From a virus (lineage: Duplodnaviria; Caudoviricetes): a DNA stretch of 64,000 bases. Shown piece by piece: positions 28,801-38,307 of this stretch. A program made the position numbers and the translations under genes. The DNA lies in the IMG/VR virus record IMGVR_UViG_2933953506_000002, positions 1 to 64,000 of that record; one strand, given 5' to 3'. The notes beneath the pieces are model-generated. The model was given only the letters and a program-made list of their open reading frames with translations. It was not told the origin of the DNA and did no database searches. The number at the start of each line of letters is the position of its first letter. Position 1 is the first letter of the stretch.

Positions 28801-30770
28801 ATTACCAGCCATTCGAAGGCATCGTCCTGACCGACACCTTCCAGCTCGCCGAGGGTGGTGTGGCCAAGCTTGACGGCATGGAGGTGCTCGAGGGCAACAG
28901 TGAGCGCGCGATGAAGCAGCGCGAGCAGCCCATCACAGTCGTCGTCGGCAACCCGCCTTACTCAGTTGGGCAGGACAGCATGAACGACGACAACCAGAAC
29001 CTCAAGTACGAGGTGCTCGATCGCCGCATCGCTGAGACTTACGCGGCTCGGTCAGTGGCAGCGAACAAGAGCAGGCTGTACGACTCGTACATCCGCGCCA
29101 TTCGATGGGCTTCCGATCGCATTACGGACGAGGGCGTTGTGGCTTTCGTTTCCAACGGCGGGTATATCGACGGCACCAGCGCAGATGGCTTGCGTAAGTC
29201 GTTGGTCAGCGAGTTTGACGCTATCTACTGCTACAACCTACGCGGCAACCAGCGCACCGCTGGCGAGCAGTCTCGGAGGGAAGGCGGTAAAATTTTCGGC
29301 TCGGGTAGCCGGAATACCGTCGCCATCCTGATTCTCGTTAAGGGCAGTAAAATAAATACCGCCGCCTCAGGCTGCACCCTTTATTATCGCGACATCGGAG
29401 ATAACCTTAGTCGCGAGGAAAAGCTTCGCATCCTCAGTGCGGAGAGCCTCAACACTTTGAAATGGAAGGAACTCAGTCCGAACCCCGAAGGTGACTGGAT
29501 CAACCAGCGAGACGAGAGTTTCGCCACTTTTCAGCAGCTTGGTGACAAGTCTCGTAAGGCCGATTCGACTCCGGTGTTTGAGACTTATTCTGCGGGACTC
29601 CAGACGAACCGCGACGTATGGGTCTACAACTACTCGGCCGACCGCATGCGCGAGAACGCCGAGTCGATGATTGATTTCTACAATTCGCAGGTACTGGCCT
29701 TCGGTGCGCACTGTGAGGGACATAGAGTCACCCAACCCCGTGACCATGTTGACGGTTTCATCGACCTCGACCCGAAAAAGATCAGCTGGTCCCGGAGCCT
29801 CAAGGGGTATTTGGCCAAGAAAGAGAAGGTCGCGTTTGAGGCGGACCACGTCTCTCTCTCGATGTATCGACCGTTCATGAAGCAGGCTGTCTACTTCGAT
29901 CGTCACCTGAATCATGAGCGGGCGCAGCTCCCTCGAGTTTTCCCCACGGCGGAGCATGAGAACTTCGGTTTCTACATGACTGGAGTAAGTGCGCTCAAGC
30001 CTTACTCGATTCTGATGGTCGGCTTTATCCCCGATCTAAACTTCTGGGGTTCGGAAGGTGGTCAATTTTTCCCCCGCTACACCTACCGCGAGCTCGGCCA
30101 GGGCGACGACCTGTTCTCTGTTGAAGAGGAAGGTGGCGGATATGAGCGCATCGACAACATCACCGACGCCGCCCTCACCGCCTACCGCAAGACCTACAGC
30201 CCCGCCATCGACAAAGACGATATCTTCTACTACACCTACGCCCTGCTCCACTCCCCGGAGTACCGCGAGCGCTTCGCCGCAGACCTGAAGAAGTCTCTTC
30301 CGCGTATTCCTAAGGTCCGGGATTTCCAGGGCTTTGCCGCCGCTGGCCGCGCGCTTGCGAACCTGCACATCGGCTACGAACAGTCTGAGCCGTACAAGGG
30401 CATCGTCGAAACGCCTCCGGTCGGCGCCTCCGCAACCCCGCCTGGCGAGCTGTATCGGGTCGCCAAGATGAAGATCCCCAAGGTGAAGGGCCAGCCGGAT
30501 CGTTCGACGATCGTCTACAACAACCGGGTCACCCTCACCAATATCCCGGAGGAGGCGTACCGCTATCAGCTCGGTGCGCGTTCCGCGATCGAGTGGATCA
30601 TCGATCGCTACCAGATCAAGGTTGACAAGGCATCGGAGATCGTCAACGACCCCAACGACTGGTCCGACGACCCGCGCTACATCATCGACCTGCTCAAGCG
30701 AATCGTGACCGTGAGCCTGGAGACCATGAAGATCGTGGATACACTGCCTGCCCTGGACATCCTGGAATAG
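25854..30770 (+). CDS. Type ISP restriction-modification enzyme (LlaGI/LlaBIII family)
   Basis: Mrr-like GIDLVA...AIQCKFY, SF2 helicase MACGTGKT/DEAH/TATP, methyltransferase DPFVGTG and GNPPY, C-terminal specificity domain; start may be TTG 25890. Confidence 0.95.
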   Translation: MRATECDGVRSALSGTTTTVHDVLRAIRDGSTGNRDRGTRFEEFMVQYLSTDPQWTEQFSRVWMWADWPGAEHDKRDTGIDLVAQDRETGGFCAIQCKFYEPQHTIHKEDIDSFFTASGKGAFTRRMIISTTDKWSVHAEEALDDQQIPVTRLGLSDIASSPVEWRMPTPGLHVEFEMTLRQKKKPRPHQREAIDDVFAGFAEHERGKLIMACGTGKTFTSLKIAERLQQERAEAGQGEHTTVLFLVPSIALLSQTLREWSYEAEVPLRAFAVCSDTKVGKQKAQGDDKDMSTHDLALPATTDPDRLVAQMASVEATPGLTVVFSTYQSIATVSAAQQQGLPRFDLILCDEAHRTTGVTLSGHDESAFVRVHDDSFLGADRRLYMTATPRVYNDDTKQDAKHADAAVASMDDEATYGPEFHRLGFGKAVEQGLLTDYKVLILTIDEGAVAKTLQESLAGADAELSLDDAAKIIGCWNAMAKRTGTFADGSGFGKDEAPMKRAVAFARSIADSKSVAARFNEVVDAYDDADDEVLHCEVDHVDGTFNTLQRNRLLDWLKQDPGPANARILSNARCLSEGVDVPSLDAVLFLHPRNSVVDVVQSVGRVMRTAPGKNYGYIILPVAVPAGMPPEKALADNQRFKTVWQVLQALRAHDDRFNATVNQIELNKKKPDTIGIGHIGAGDETVGDQDGSSTADSAQAAKEKEAQSAQHIQDALFSVSDWRDAIYARIVDKVGERHYWEDWAKDIAQIADRHVTRIKAALVLPEKQAAFEEFVAELRVTINPGVTDDAAVDMLAQHIVTKPVFDALFKDYGFAQHNPVSKAMQGMLDILDDQGLDTETKTLGAFYESVRVRAEGIDNHEGRQRVIVELYDKFFKTALPKTADALGIVYTPIEVVDFIIRSTEQALSKHFGKSLSDAGVQIIDPFVGTGTFPVRLLQSGLIKPEDLLRKYTSELHANEIVLLAYYIAAVNIEAAFHDLAGGDYQPFEGIVLTDTFQLAEGGVAKLDGMEVLEGNSERAMKQREQPITVVVGNPPYSVGQDSMNDDNQNLKYEVLDRRIAETYAARSVAANKSRLYDSYIRAIRWASDRITDEGVVAFVSNGGYIDGTSADGLRKSLVSEFDAIYCYNLRGNQRTAGEQSRREGGKIFGSGSRNTVAILILVKGSKINTAASGCTLYYRDIGDNLSREEKLRILSAESLNTLKWKELSPNPEGDWINQRDESFATFQQLGDKSRKADSTPVFETYSAGLQTNRDVWVYNYSADRMRENAESMIDFYNSQVLAFGAHCEGHRVTQPRDHVDGFIDLDPKKISWSRSLKGYLAKKEKVAFEADHVSLSMYRPFMKQAVYFDRHLNHERAQLPRVFPTAEHENFGFYMTGVSALKPYSILMVGFIPDLNFWGSEGGQFFPRYTYRELGQGDDLFSVEEEGGGYERIDNITDAALTAYRKTYSPAIDKDDIFYYTYALLHSPEYRERFAADLKKSLPRIPKVRDFQGFAAAGRALANLHIGYEQSEPYKGIVETPPVGASATPPGELYRVAKMKIPKVKGQPDRSTIVYNNRVTLTNIPEEAYRYQLGARSAIEWIIDRYQIKVDKASEIVNDPNDWSDDPRYIIDLLKRIVTVSLETMKIVDTLPALDILE

Positions 30771-30781
30771 CAACCAGCCTG

Positions 30782-30815
30782 GCACGGGTACGCGCTCGCC
30801 GAGGCGTACCCGTGC
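30782..30815. terminator. Probable bidirectional terminator between convergent genes
   Basis: GCACGGGTACGC-N10-GCGTACCCGTGC. Confidence 0.7.
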
Positions 30816-30859
30816 GGCCCGTCAGCGTTGGGAAGTCGCCCGCCCGCTGTTTCTCCAGA

Positions 30860-32029
30860 TCACCTCTGCGTTTTGCCCTCCGGGTCGTGCATCGGGACCT
30901 TCTTGAAGGGGTCCTTGGACGGGTCCTTTGCCGGGCGTACGTACCTTTCCCGAGGGATGCGCGAGCCCTTCTTCCACCGGCCAGCCAGCTCGAGTTCTTC
31001 GTCCGTCGCGCCGTTCATACCGAGGTCGGTGGCGCCGCCGGCGCGAAGGCTATGGGAGGACACGGGGCGGCCGTCGGTCTTGAGCCCGGCCGCCGCGAAC
31101 CACAACTTCACGCGCTCATTGACAGTCTGCGGGCGCAGGTGGGCACCGCGCTTGGTGGCCCCCCGCCTCGCCCGTGTCTCCGACGATGCGACCTTGCCGC
31201 TCCGTAGAACCTCGCGGAATACGGGGCCGGTGGTGATGCCCTGCTCGGCGAGATAGCCAACCCAACGGCGCAGCCGGAAGATCAGGTTGAGGTCCGGCCG
31301 GTCATGAAGGACGAGCGTCTGTTCCTCACCCTTGTGGGTCTTGTCCTCGGCGAGCCACACCAACACGCGGTCGTCGAGGATGGTCACGTCCTCGAGCTCC
31401 AGGTCGACATCCTCGACACTTCGGCCGAGGAACCGGTATCCGAAGGCGAACATCGCCGAGTCGCGCCAGCCGATCGGTCGGTCGCCAGCCTCCGCCTTCT
31501 CCATCATCGGGACCAGGTACGGCAGCGTGATGGGGAACGCTTCCTTTCTGCGTAGCGCTCGCTTGTTCTTCTTCCGGTACTGCGTCAGGAGCAGCAGGAA
31601 CAGGCTGTTGTCCGGCTTCTTCCCGGGCGGCATGGACGTCCGGATCAGCGACATGTAGTGCCGGATCGTGGTGACCTTGAGCTGCCTCGCCATAAGGTGA
31701 CGGCCGTACTCTGTGTACGTCGCCGTCGTGCAGGGCTTCGCCACCCGCCCCTGTTCCGCACACCATGCCTCGAACAGGCCCATGGCGGTCCGGCGCTGAG
31801 GCGATCCCTCCTCCTCGGCCTCCTTGAGGGCCTGGGCGGTCTCCTCGCTGACATACAGGTCCCGATCCGTGTACGTCGTGCGTGGATCGTCACTGGTTGG
31901 GATGGACTCGCCGGGCATCAACACTGTGTGCTCGTCGACGAGCGGACGGGCAGTCGGCGCCGCGGGCACCAGTTCCCCGTCCTCGACGAGTTCGGCGTCA
32001 ATGATCTCGTGGGTATCACGCAGGCTCAT
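30860..32029 (-). CDS. Tyrosine recombinase (Cre/XerD-like)
   Basis: RDSAMF...LGRSVE (R), KTHK (K), HSLR, GRW, RYVR (Y). Confidence 0.9.
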   Translation of the reverse strand: MSLRDTHEIIDAELVEDGELVPAAPTARPLVDEHTVLMPGESIPTSDDPRTTYTDRDLYVSEETAQALKEAEEEGSPQRRTAMGLFEAWCAEQGRVAKPCTTATYTEYGRHLMARQLKVTTIRHYMSLIRTSMPPGKKPDNSLFLLLLTQYRKKNKRALRRKEAFPITLPYLVPMMEKAEAGDRPIGWRDSAMFAFGYRFLGRSVEDVDLELEDVTILDDRVLVWLAEDKTHKGEEQTLVLHDRPDLNLIFRLRRWVGYLAEQGITTGPVFREVLRSGKVASSETRARRGATKRGAHLRPQTVNERVKLWFAAAGLKTDGRPVSSHSLRAGGATDLGMNGATDEELELAGRWKKGSRIPRERYVRPAKDPSKDPFKKVPMHDPEGKTQR

Positions 32030-32415
32030 GCCGGTGCCGCGTCCTGGGGGGCTCGCTCGGACGCGCGCTGGTAACCGTCGAGCAGCGTCGACAGCATGAG
32101 GATCTGGTCGTTTGTGGTCGTGTCTGCTGTTGCCTGCTCCTCAGCGAGTTGCCGGACTAGGTGCAGGACGGCCCCTAGTCCTGGCTGATCATGCGTGTAA
32201 AGCAAGACACGGGCGTTCCGGTCACGAGGAAGCTTGGAAGGGAAGTGGCCGATGGATCGGGCGGCAAGCTCCCGCTCGATACCCGCGACGACGCGGACCC
32301 CCGCGGCTTTCGCCCCGGCGAAGACGAGTAGCTCTTCAACGGTCCACCGCAGGTAGCCACCGGTGAAGAGCTTGGGCAGGTTGTCCCACGCGGCGGCCTT
32401 CGGGTTTACGGTCAT
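32026..32415 (-). CDS. Hypothetical protein (MTVNPKAAAW...), coupled on both sides
   Basis: AAGGAG RBS; ATGA overlaps with both neighbours. Confidence 0.7.
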   Translation of the reverse strand: MTVNPKAAAWDNLPKLFTGGYLRWTVEELLVFAGAKAAGVRVVAGIERELAARSIGHFPSKLPRDRNARVLLYTHDQPGLGAVLHLVRQLAEEQATADTTTNDQILMLSTLLDGYQRASERAPQDAAPA

Positions 32416-33329
32416 TCTTTCTCCTTGTAGGCGAATCCACAGTGGAAGCACAGCAGGATGTCGGTGTGCTTGTCCGCGGCTACGCTCGCCCACATCATCA
32501 CGTCATCTTTTTCACACACGGGGCAGTCCCCTGCCCCGTCAGGGTCGGCCGCGTTGAGGACGTCCCTCCAGTAGTTGACGACGGCGTCGGTAGGAAACTC
32601 GAACGCCCGCAGGCAGAATCGGCAGGTCAGGGGGGTCTCCCCCACCACTAGTGCCCACTGTCTGCAGCTCGGGCAGACCACGGTACGCTCGGCGACCGCG
32701 TCGAGTTCGCTGGCTAGGTCCTGCATACGCTTCTTCACCAGTGCGTCGATGTGCTTCAGCGAGTTCCGAACGGCATCCATCGTCTTCGAGACGATCTCGG
32801 CATCGCGTGAGAGCGTTGGGTGTAGATACTGGGAGACGAAGTCGATGAGGAAACTCATCGCGCGGGCAGCGCGTGCCTCCACGGCGTAGGCGTTGCCCGT
32901 GTGCCCGTAGTGGGTCAGGGCGTTCCTGGTCTCCGCCAAGTCGGTAATGGCCCTGCGTTGCTTGACTGTGATCGGTACGTTGGCGATTTGGGTGAGGCGG
33001 TCCAGGGCGGTGTTTGTGTCACAGCTCTTGAATTTGCCCTGCTCGTACGAGGCGCGCGTGGCACTGCCGGGGTCCGTGAAGACCAGGCACCAGTGCTCGC
33101 GTACGAGGCGAGCCTTCAGGAGAACCTCGACGGCCGCTTGGAGGTGAAGGACGCCGTACTTCAGGTGCCGGGCACTGAGCCAGAACGGCGCTGGCTGCGA
33201 GAAGACGGAGCCGTGGGCAACCTCCGGCCACAGAGGCTGCGCGTCCATCGGTACCTGGATCTTGCCAGTCAGATACAGCACCGCACTGCTGAGGTAGTCC
33301 ATGCCGTTGCGCACGAGCGTGAAATCCAT
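32412..33329 (-). CDS. HEPN-like protein with C-terminal Zn ribbons
   Basis: VLHLQAAVEVLLKARL, Rx4H motif RNALTH; CPSC, CRFC, CPVC, CFHC. Confidence 0.75.
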   Translation of the reverse strand: MDFTLVRNGMDYLSSAVLYLTGKIQVPMDAQPLWPEVAHGSVFSQPAPFWLSARHLKYGVLHLQAAVEVLLKARLVREHWCLVFTDPGSATRASYEQGKFKSCDTNTALDRLTQIANVPITVKQRRAITDLAETRNALTHYGHTGNAYAVEARAARAMSFLIDFVSQYLHPTLSRDAEIVSKTMDAVRNSLKHIDALVKKRMQDLASELDAVAERTVVCPSCRQWALVVGETPLTCRFCLRAFEFPTDAVVNYWRDVLNAADPDGAGDCPVCEKDDVMMWASVAADKHTDILLCFHCGFAYKEKE

Positions 33330-33411
33330 CTCGGGGCGCTCGGGCAGTGACTCGACGTCGGCGTTGTGCAAGGTACCCCCTGAGGCTGGTGGCTGACGTG
33401 ACGCCAGATTA

Positions 33412-33437
33412 CCGACAACAATCACAGTTGTTGTCGG
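33412..33437. repeat. 10-bp perfect inverted repeat with 6-bp spacer
   Basis: CCGACAACAA-TCACAG-TTGTTGTCGG in a divergent intergenic region. Confidence 0.7.
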
Positions 33438-33582
33438 CTACTTGTCAGTAACAACGTAGAGCCCTCTGGAGACTTGAGACGGCGTTCCGGGCAAGCAGTA
33501 CATCAGCGGCCGCCCCGGACTACATCACGAGATTGCTGAAGTTCGCACCGAGGTGGGGCGGCTGCTCAGGTAGCGTCGGGTC

Positions 33583-34422
33583 ATGCAGTTCCACATCACC
33601 GATGAAGAGCTCCGCGCGACTCTGCACGAGGTTGAGCTCAGCGCCGCAGCAATGCGGAGCCAGCTTGAGGCCGAACAGGGAAGCGGCCCTTCTTCGAGTG
33701 TCGCTGAGGTGAACCGGCTGTTGAAGGCGATGCGGGACACAGAGCTCGCGCTGCGGGATGGGACCATCTACGCGCTGTACGACCCGCGCACAGTCGAGGT
33801 TCGCTATGTGGGCGAGACCATGACCCCGCTGCGCGTGCGCCTGTCCGGCCACCGGAGCAAGGTTGAGCGCCCGGTCGGGCAGTGGTGGGCTGAGTTGAAA
33901 GAGCAGGGGCTGGAGCCGCTCGTTGACGATCTGCGCTACGTACCGGCGAAGTTCCGCCGGACGTACGAGCAGCAGACCATCATCCACTACACCTGGCTCG
34001 GCTTTGACTTGCTCAACCGCTCGACGGCCGATGACGATGCGGTGGCATACCGCTGGCTCCAGAAGCGCCACGGGTACCCGGCCGAGCCGGAGGCGTCCAC
34101 TCCTGGGTGGTGGTGGGACGAGGCCGCAGGGGACTGGCACTGGATGCCGCCGGAGTGGCCGGTCTGGCACTCCATGCGCCAGTGGCGCTACCGGGTCCGC
34201 GGGGCTCACTGCCCTGAGTGCTCGGCGCGGCCGGGGCAGGCGTGCACCGGCATGCGGCAGTCGGCTGCATCACTGAGCGAGGGACGCTCGAACCACCTCG
34301 GGAGGATAGCCGCGCGAGTTCGCCACGAGGGCGGGTGGGAGACCTGGGCGGCTCGCAGGTGGACCGCCGGTCGCCGGCGTTCCTGGCGAGGTGCAAGCGC
34401 CCCCTGTCCGGCCGTGTGTTGA
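33583..34422 (+). CDS. GIY-YIG-like nuclease with C-terminal zinc finger
   Basis: GTIYALYDPRTVEVRYVGET...RLSGH...EQQTI...LLN; CPECSARPGQAC...HLGR. Confidence 0.75.
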   Translation: MQFHITDEELRATLHEVELSAAAMRSQLEAEQGSGPSSSVAEVNRLLKAMRDTELALRDGTIYALYDPRTVEVRYVGETMTPLRVRLSGHRSKVERPVGQWWAELKEQGLEPLVDDLRYVPAKFRRTYEQQTIIHYTWLGFDLLNRSTADDDAVAYRWLQKRHGYPAEPEASTPGWWWDEAAGDWHWMPPEWPVWHSMRQWRYRVRGAHCPECSARPGQACTGMRQSAASLSEGRSNHLGRIAARVRHEGGWETWAARRWTAGRRRSWRGASAPCPAVC

Positions 34423-34494
34423 CTCTCAGAGAGGAACGGCACTCGTACGCCCCGCGCGGTGTCGAGGACGCCTGCTTCAGGTGCTGGCCGCGTC

Positions 34495-35625
34495 CTACCG
34501 GAGGATCGCCACCACCTCCTGGAGGACCGCGTTGAGGCGGACGGGCTCCGGGATGTCGTCCATGCTGATACGCGGCACGGAGGGGCCGATCGGCCGGTGC
34601 ATCACGTCGTCGGCTATGTCCTTGAAGGCCGCGAGCTTCTGGGCGTGCGACTTGTCGGTCCGCTTCACGGTGAACACGTGTTGGCTCGCGACCACCTTGA
34701 AGTCCGTGTGCCCGAAAAGCGGCGGGATGTGGTCCAGGATGGCCCGGATCATCGCGCCGCAGACGTATGGGTTTCCGGCCGCGTAGGCGTCGTTCAGTCC
34801 CTCGCACAGCGCGATCAGCTTGTGCACCCGCCACCGCGTCGTCTTCGCCGCCTCATCCAGATCCTTCAGGAGGCCTGGGTCGACGTACGGCCCGCGCGCG
34901 GGCTCGGCGGGAAGCGGCGGCCCCTCCGCAACGGTGGCAGGCACGTACTGGGAGGCCGCCTTGGCGACGGTCTCGCACGTTTGTGTGATGTAGTCCTCCA
35001 AAGTCTTCGCGTCTCGGAACTGCATCACGCTGCGGGTGATCTGCCGCTCCCAGGAGCCGTCCCCGAGTTGGGCGCCACCGGTGCTGATGAGGGGTTCGTA
35101 GGAGAGCAGCTCGGGCAGTGCTTCAACAAACCCAGGCTCGAGGTCCGGCATCGCGGCCATGAGCTCACCGGAACGCAGCATGACGGTGGTGATCTCGCTG
35201 GTAATCGGCCGGTCAAGGTACAGCTTGATCATATGGTGGAGGACTCGCAGGAACGGCTCACAGAACTTCGTCCGCCATGGGGTAATCCAGAGAGAGGCGG
35301 CTATCGTGAGCCGTACCCTCTCGCCCTCGCCGATGGGGCGGCGCATGGGGGCGGTGAGGCCGTACCCGGACGCGAACGGGGCGCTGTTGCCCACGCGCGG
35401 CAGGGAGTGGAACAGTTCCTCGGCGTCCCTGCCTTGCTTGTCGAAGTGGTGCTGGATGTGACCCCACAGTGGCCATTCGCCCTTCGGGAGTCCCTTCGGG
35501 GGCCGCGTCCCGTAGATGTAGGGGGTGGCGTAATTTGCCTGGCCCGTATCGAACCACGGCAGGGCGATGGCTTCGAGAAGTTCCCGCTGGGCCTGCGTGA
35601 GCTGTACGTCGAGGAGAGTGTCCAA
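34495..35625 (-). CDS. Hypothetical protein with HEPN/Abi-like C-terminal domain
   Basis: LCEGLNDAY...GAMIRAILDHIPPLFG...IADDVMH. Confidence 0.6.
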   Translation of the reverse strand: MDTLLDVQLTQAQRELLEAIALPWFDTGQANYATPYIYGTRPPKGLPKGEWPLWGHIQHHFDKQGRDAEELFHSLPRVGNSAPFASGYGLTAPMRRPIGEGERVRLTIAASLWITPWRTKFCEPFLRVLHHMIKLYLDRPITSEITTVMLRSGELMAAMPDLEPGFVEALPELLSYEPLISTGGAQLGDGSWERQITRSVMQFRDAKTLEDYITQTCETVAKAASQYVPATVAEGPPLPAEPARGPYVDPGLLKDLDEAAKTTRWRVHKLIALCEGLNDAYAAGNPYVCGAMIRAILDHIPPLFGHTDFKVVASQHVFTVKRTDKSHAQKLAAFKDIADDVMHRPIGPSVPRISMDDIPEPVRLNAVLQEVVAILR

Positions 35626-36129
35626 GGAAACCTCTTGGTACGAGGCGGGGGTGACGGACCGCCATGGGGCGCGTCCGTGTCCGACAGAGCGTCAGGCCGC
35701 TCATCCTAACGGCGCAATTGGCATCACCCTCGCATAATTTCCCTGATACGTGCCTGGTTGTAAGGGAGGGATCCGCATGGACGGCGCTGTCGAGGCCGGA
35801 AGCCAGGGCGCGAGAGGTTCGGGTCTCTGAATCAGGCCGATGCCCTGATGAGGATCTCTGAAATCGGCCAGGGCCGCTCGTCGCCCCACATGCTCCGTCG
35901 TTCAAGCGAGTGAGGAGTTTCAGCGAGCGCCTCACAGGTGGTCGACTGTGGCCCCGCTCGTGGAGCGTGGCGTCCGTGCCAGCGGTCGAGGTGCCTAGGG
36001 CGGCGGCCGCGCGCCAGCCCGTCGGCGGGGTGTGCCCAGGTACGCCGAAACTCGCTACGGGATGATTTTGAGGATCAGTCGACCCGACGGCTACCGGCCG
36101 CTGCGTCCAAGCGCCAGAGCAACGGAGGG

Positions 36130-37617
36130 TCAGTCCACGTCTTGTTCGACGGAGCAGGGTTGGTCCGCTGCCTGGAATACGCTGGCCATCGCCTCGGCCC
36201 ACGCTGCCGCCGGCTCAAGGTCCTGGCCCGGAGCGCTGATTCGCGCTCCGGGTTGGCTCTCTGAGGCGCGCCCCGTACGCAGGAGCCACTGAACAAACTC
36301 GGTACCAGCGTCTGGGAAACAGACCCACGCGAAGCCTGCCAGCCCCTCAGCAATGACCTCGACTCCCCCTGGGCCCTTCAGCGCCATCGGAGTAGGTCGG
36401 CATTCCTGCCTGGCCCGCTCCGCGACCATCAGCGCGATCTCGTAAAGGCTGGCCCAGTCGCCAGGAATGATCGCTGGCGAGTCAACGGCACCAGAGACCT
36501 TCTTACCGGGGGTCAGCGTGACAAGTTGGACAGGAGCATCATCCTCGATCTTCCACGCAGCCGTGACCTGCTTGCTCTGGCCGTTTAGACCGACAACCGG
36601 AGCACTGATCTCGAACCGGAGATGCTGTGCGTCTCCGTGCGCTGTTTCGTCCCTGAACTTCTTCGGCTCGGCACCATGCAGAGCCGAGAGCAACTGGATC
36701 GCGAGGAGTCTCCAGTTGCTCTGCTCGATTCCCAACTCTCGTTGGAAGAACCTGGCCTTCGAGCCGCCAACGGGATGGGCAAGGTTCAGGGCGTAGTCAT
36801 GCAACTTACTCCGCAGGTCGTCCACCAGGGGCTGCTGACGTCCTACCTTGAAGGACAGGCGACGTTCGGCTTCCTGGTAGTCATGAACGAGTGCCACGAT
36901 CGACTCTTGGTAGGTCCTGCCCCCGGAGAATGCGAGGGCACCTAGCGTCACCGGAGCCCCGGACGGAACCGGGGCGGGGTTCCACAGAATCTGGCAGTGG
37001 GGTTCGGCGATCGGACGATCTTCCAGGCCGATGCCATCCACCGCTATACCCGCGAAGAGTTTCCCCGCCGAGATGCCCTCCTCGCCCGGGTGATCCACCC
37101 ACCCCCGCGAGTACCTCCACCCGGGAAGCAAGGAGAACACCTCTTGGTGGAGGGGGTCGTTCGGGTCGACTTCCATCGCACCGAGGTACCAGCGAAACGC
37201 CCGCAGCCGGTCGTCCAGCGGTGCACGCAGCTCGCTCGGCAGCCGCGAGATCACACCGACGTAGACATTCGATGTCCCGAGAAGCCACGGCGCGTGTGCA
37301 TCCAGTGTGCTCCAGCGGCCTTCGCCGCCTCGGCACAGCGTGGAGGCTGAAGACCACAGGAGAAACGGATCGCGCGCCAGCGTCAACTTGCCGTCGGACG
37401 AGGAACTCTCACAGCGGAAGGTCGGCAACATGAGCGAGCCCCAGTACGTCTGGAACTGGCACCTTCGGGGTTCATCCACGGTGAGGATGGCCGAGAGGAT
37501 CGCCCGTTTGATCCTCGAACCGTACTCAAACTCGCGCGACAGAACAGGATCGTCCGCGCTGACAAAGATGGCAATGGGCCCCTGGTGAGAGATCGCCGCT
37601 GCGGATGCTTCAGCCAT
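36130..37617 (-). CDS. Multidomain protein with DUF6883-like domain
   Basis: KLHDYALNLAHPVGGSKARFF...VVGLNGQSKQVTAAWKIE...LVTL; lower GC than flanks. Confidence 0.65.
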   Translation of the reverse strand: MAEASAAAISHQGPIAIFVSADDPVLSREFEYGSRIKRAILSAILTVDEPRRCQFQTYWGSLMLPTFRCESSSSDGKLTLARDPFLLWSSASTLCRGGEGRWSTLDAHAPWLLGTSNVYVGVISRLPSELRAPLDDRLRAFRWYLGAMEVDPNDPLHQEVFSLLPGWRYSRGWVDHPGEEGISAGKLFAGIAVDGIGLEDRPIAEPHCQILWNPAPVPSGAPVTLGALAFSGGRTYQESIVALVHDYQEAERRLSFKVGRQQPLVDDLRSKLHDYALNLAHPVGGSKARFFQRELGIEQSNWRLLAIQLLSALHGAEPKKFRDETAHGDAQHLRFEISAPVVGLNGQSKQVTAAWKIEDDAPVQLVTLTPGKKVSGAVDSPAIIPGDWASLYEIALMVAERARQECRPTPMALKGPGGVEVIAEGLAGFAWVCFPDAGTEFVQWLLRTGRASESQPGARISAPGQDLEPAAAWAEAMASVFQAADQPCSVEQDVD

Positions 37618-38109
37618 GCCCGCCAGTATTCGCGACGGTCCGAGCGCCGAACACACCTGTGACGTAGACAGGTACAGATCGAGCAGGCCGGCAGCCGATC
37701 AGCACGGTCAGGGAGAGCCCGCCCCAAGGACAACGACGCGACGGCCGAGAGTGACCACTTCCGCTCGTTGCTCGCCGGGCCAGACAAAGGCGTCGCGGCG
37801 GGGGCCAATCCAGGCGGCCCCTTCCTTGTGGTGGTGCCCGCCCGCAGGTCAGGTGCGGACGGGTGAGGAGAGCCACTGAGCAGGTCTGGGGCTACCCAGA
37901 GCAAGGGGTGGCCGCTTTCAGAGAGCGCCATCAGCCCGCCGCGCAATAACGCGGCACAGCCCGGCACCTGTTCCCAGATGACGACCACGAGCACCTGCTG
38001 GGCCCGAACCCGGTCATGGGCGCGTCCGTCTCCACGGGATTCGCCCGCATGCCGCTGGTCAGCGTCGAACTGACCAACGTCCTGACGTGACGGAGACCCC
38101 ACGACGGGC

Positions 38110-38307
38110 CTACCCGGTAGCGGGCGGCTCCTCGTTGTCCGCCCGGGGCCGCCCCTCGGGCTTCTTGAAACGGTGCCACGCGTCGCGTGCTTTCCCGGCG
38201 GAGTCGATCACGTCCGGGACCTGGTCGAGCAGCCCCTTTAGAGCGAAGAGGCAGATCGAAGCCACGCCAGCGACGGCGAGAATGAAGAGGATGGCTGCGC
38301 CGTCCAC
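38110..38307 (-). CDS. Small single-TM protein
   Basis: AILFILAVAGVASICLFALKG; GGAAGG/AGGGA upstream. Confidence 0.55.
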   Translation of the reverse strand: MDGAAILFILAVAGVASICLFALKGLLDQVPDVIDSAGKARDAWHRFKKPEGRPRADNEEPPATG

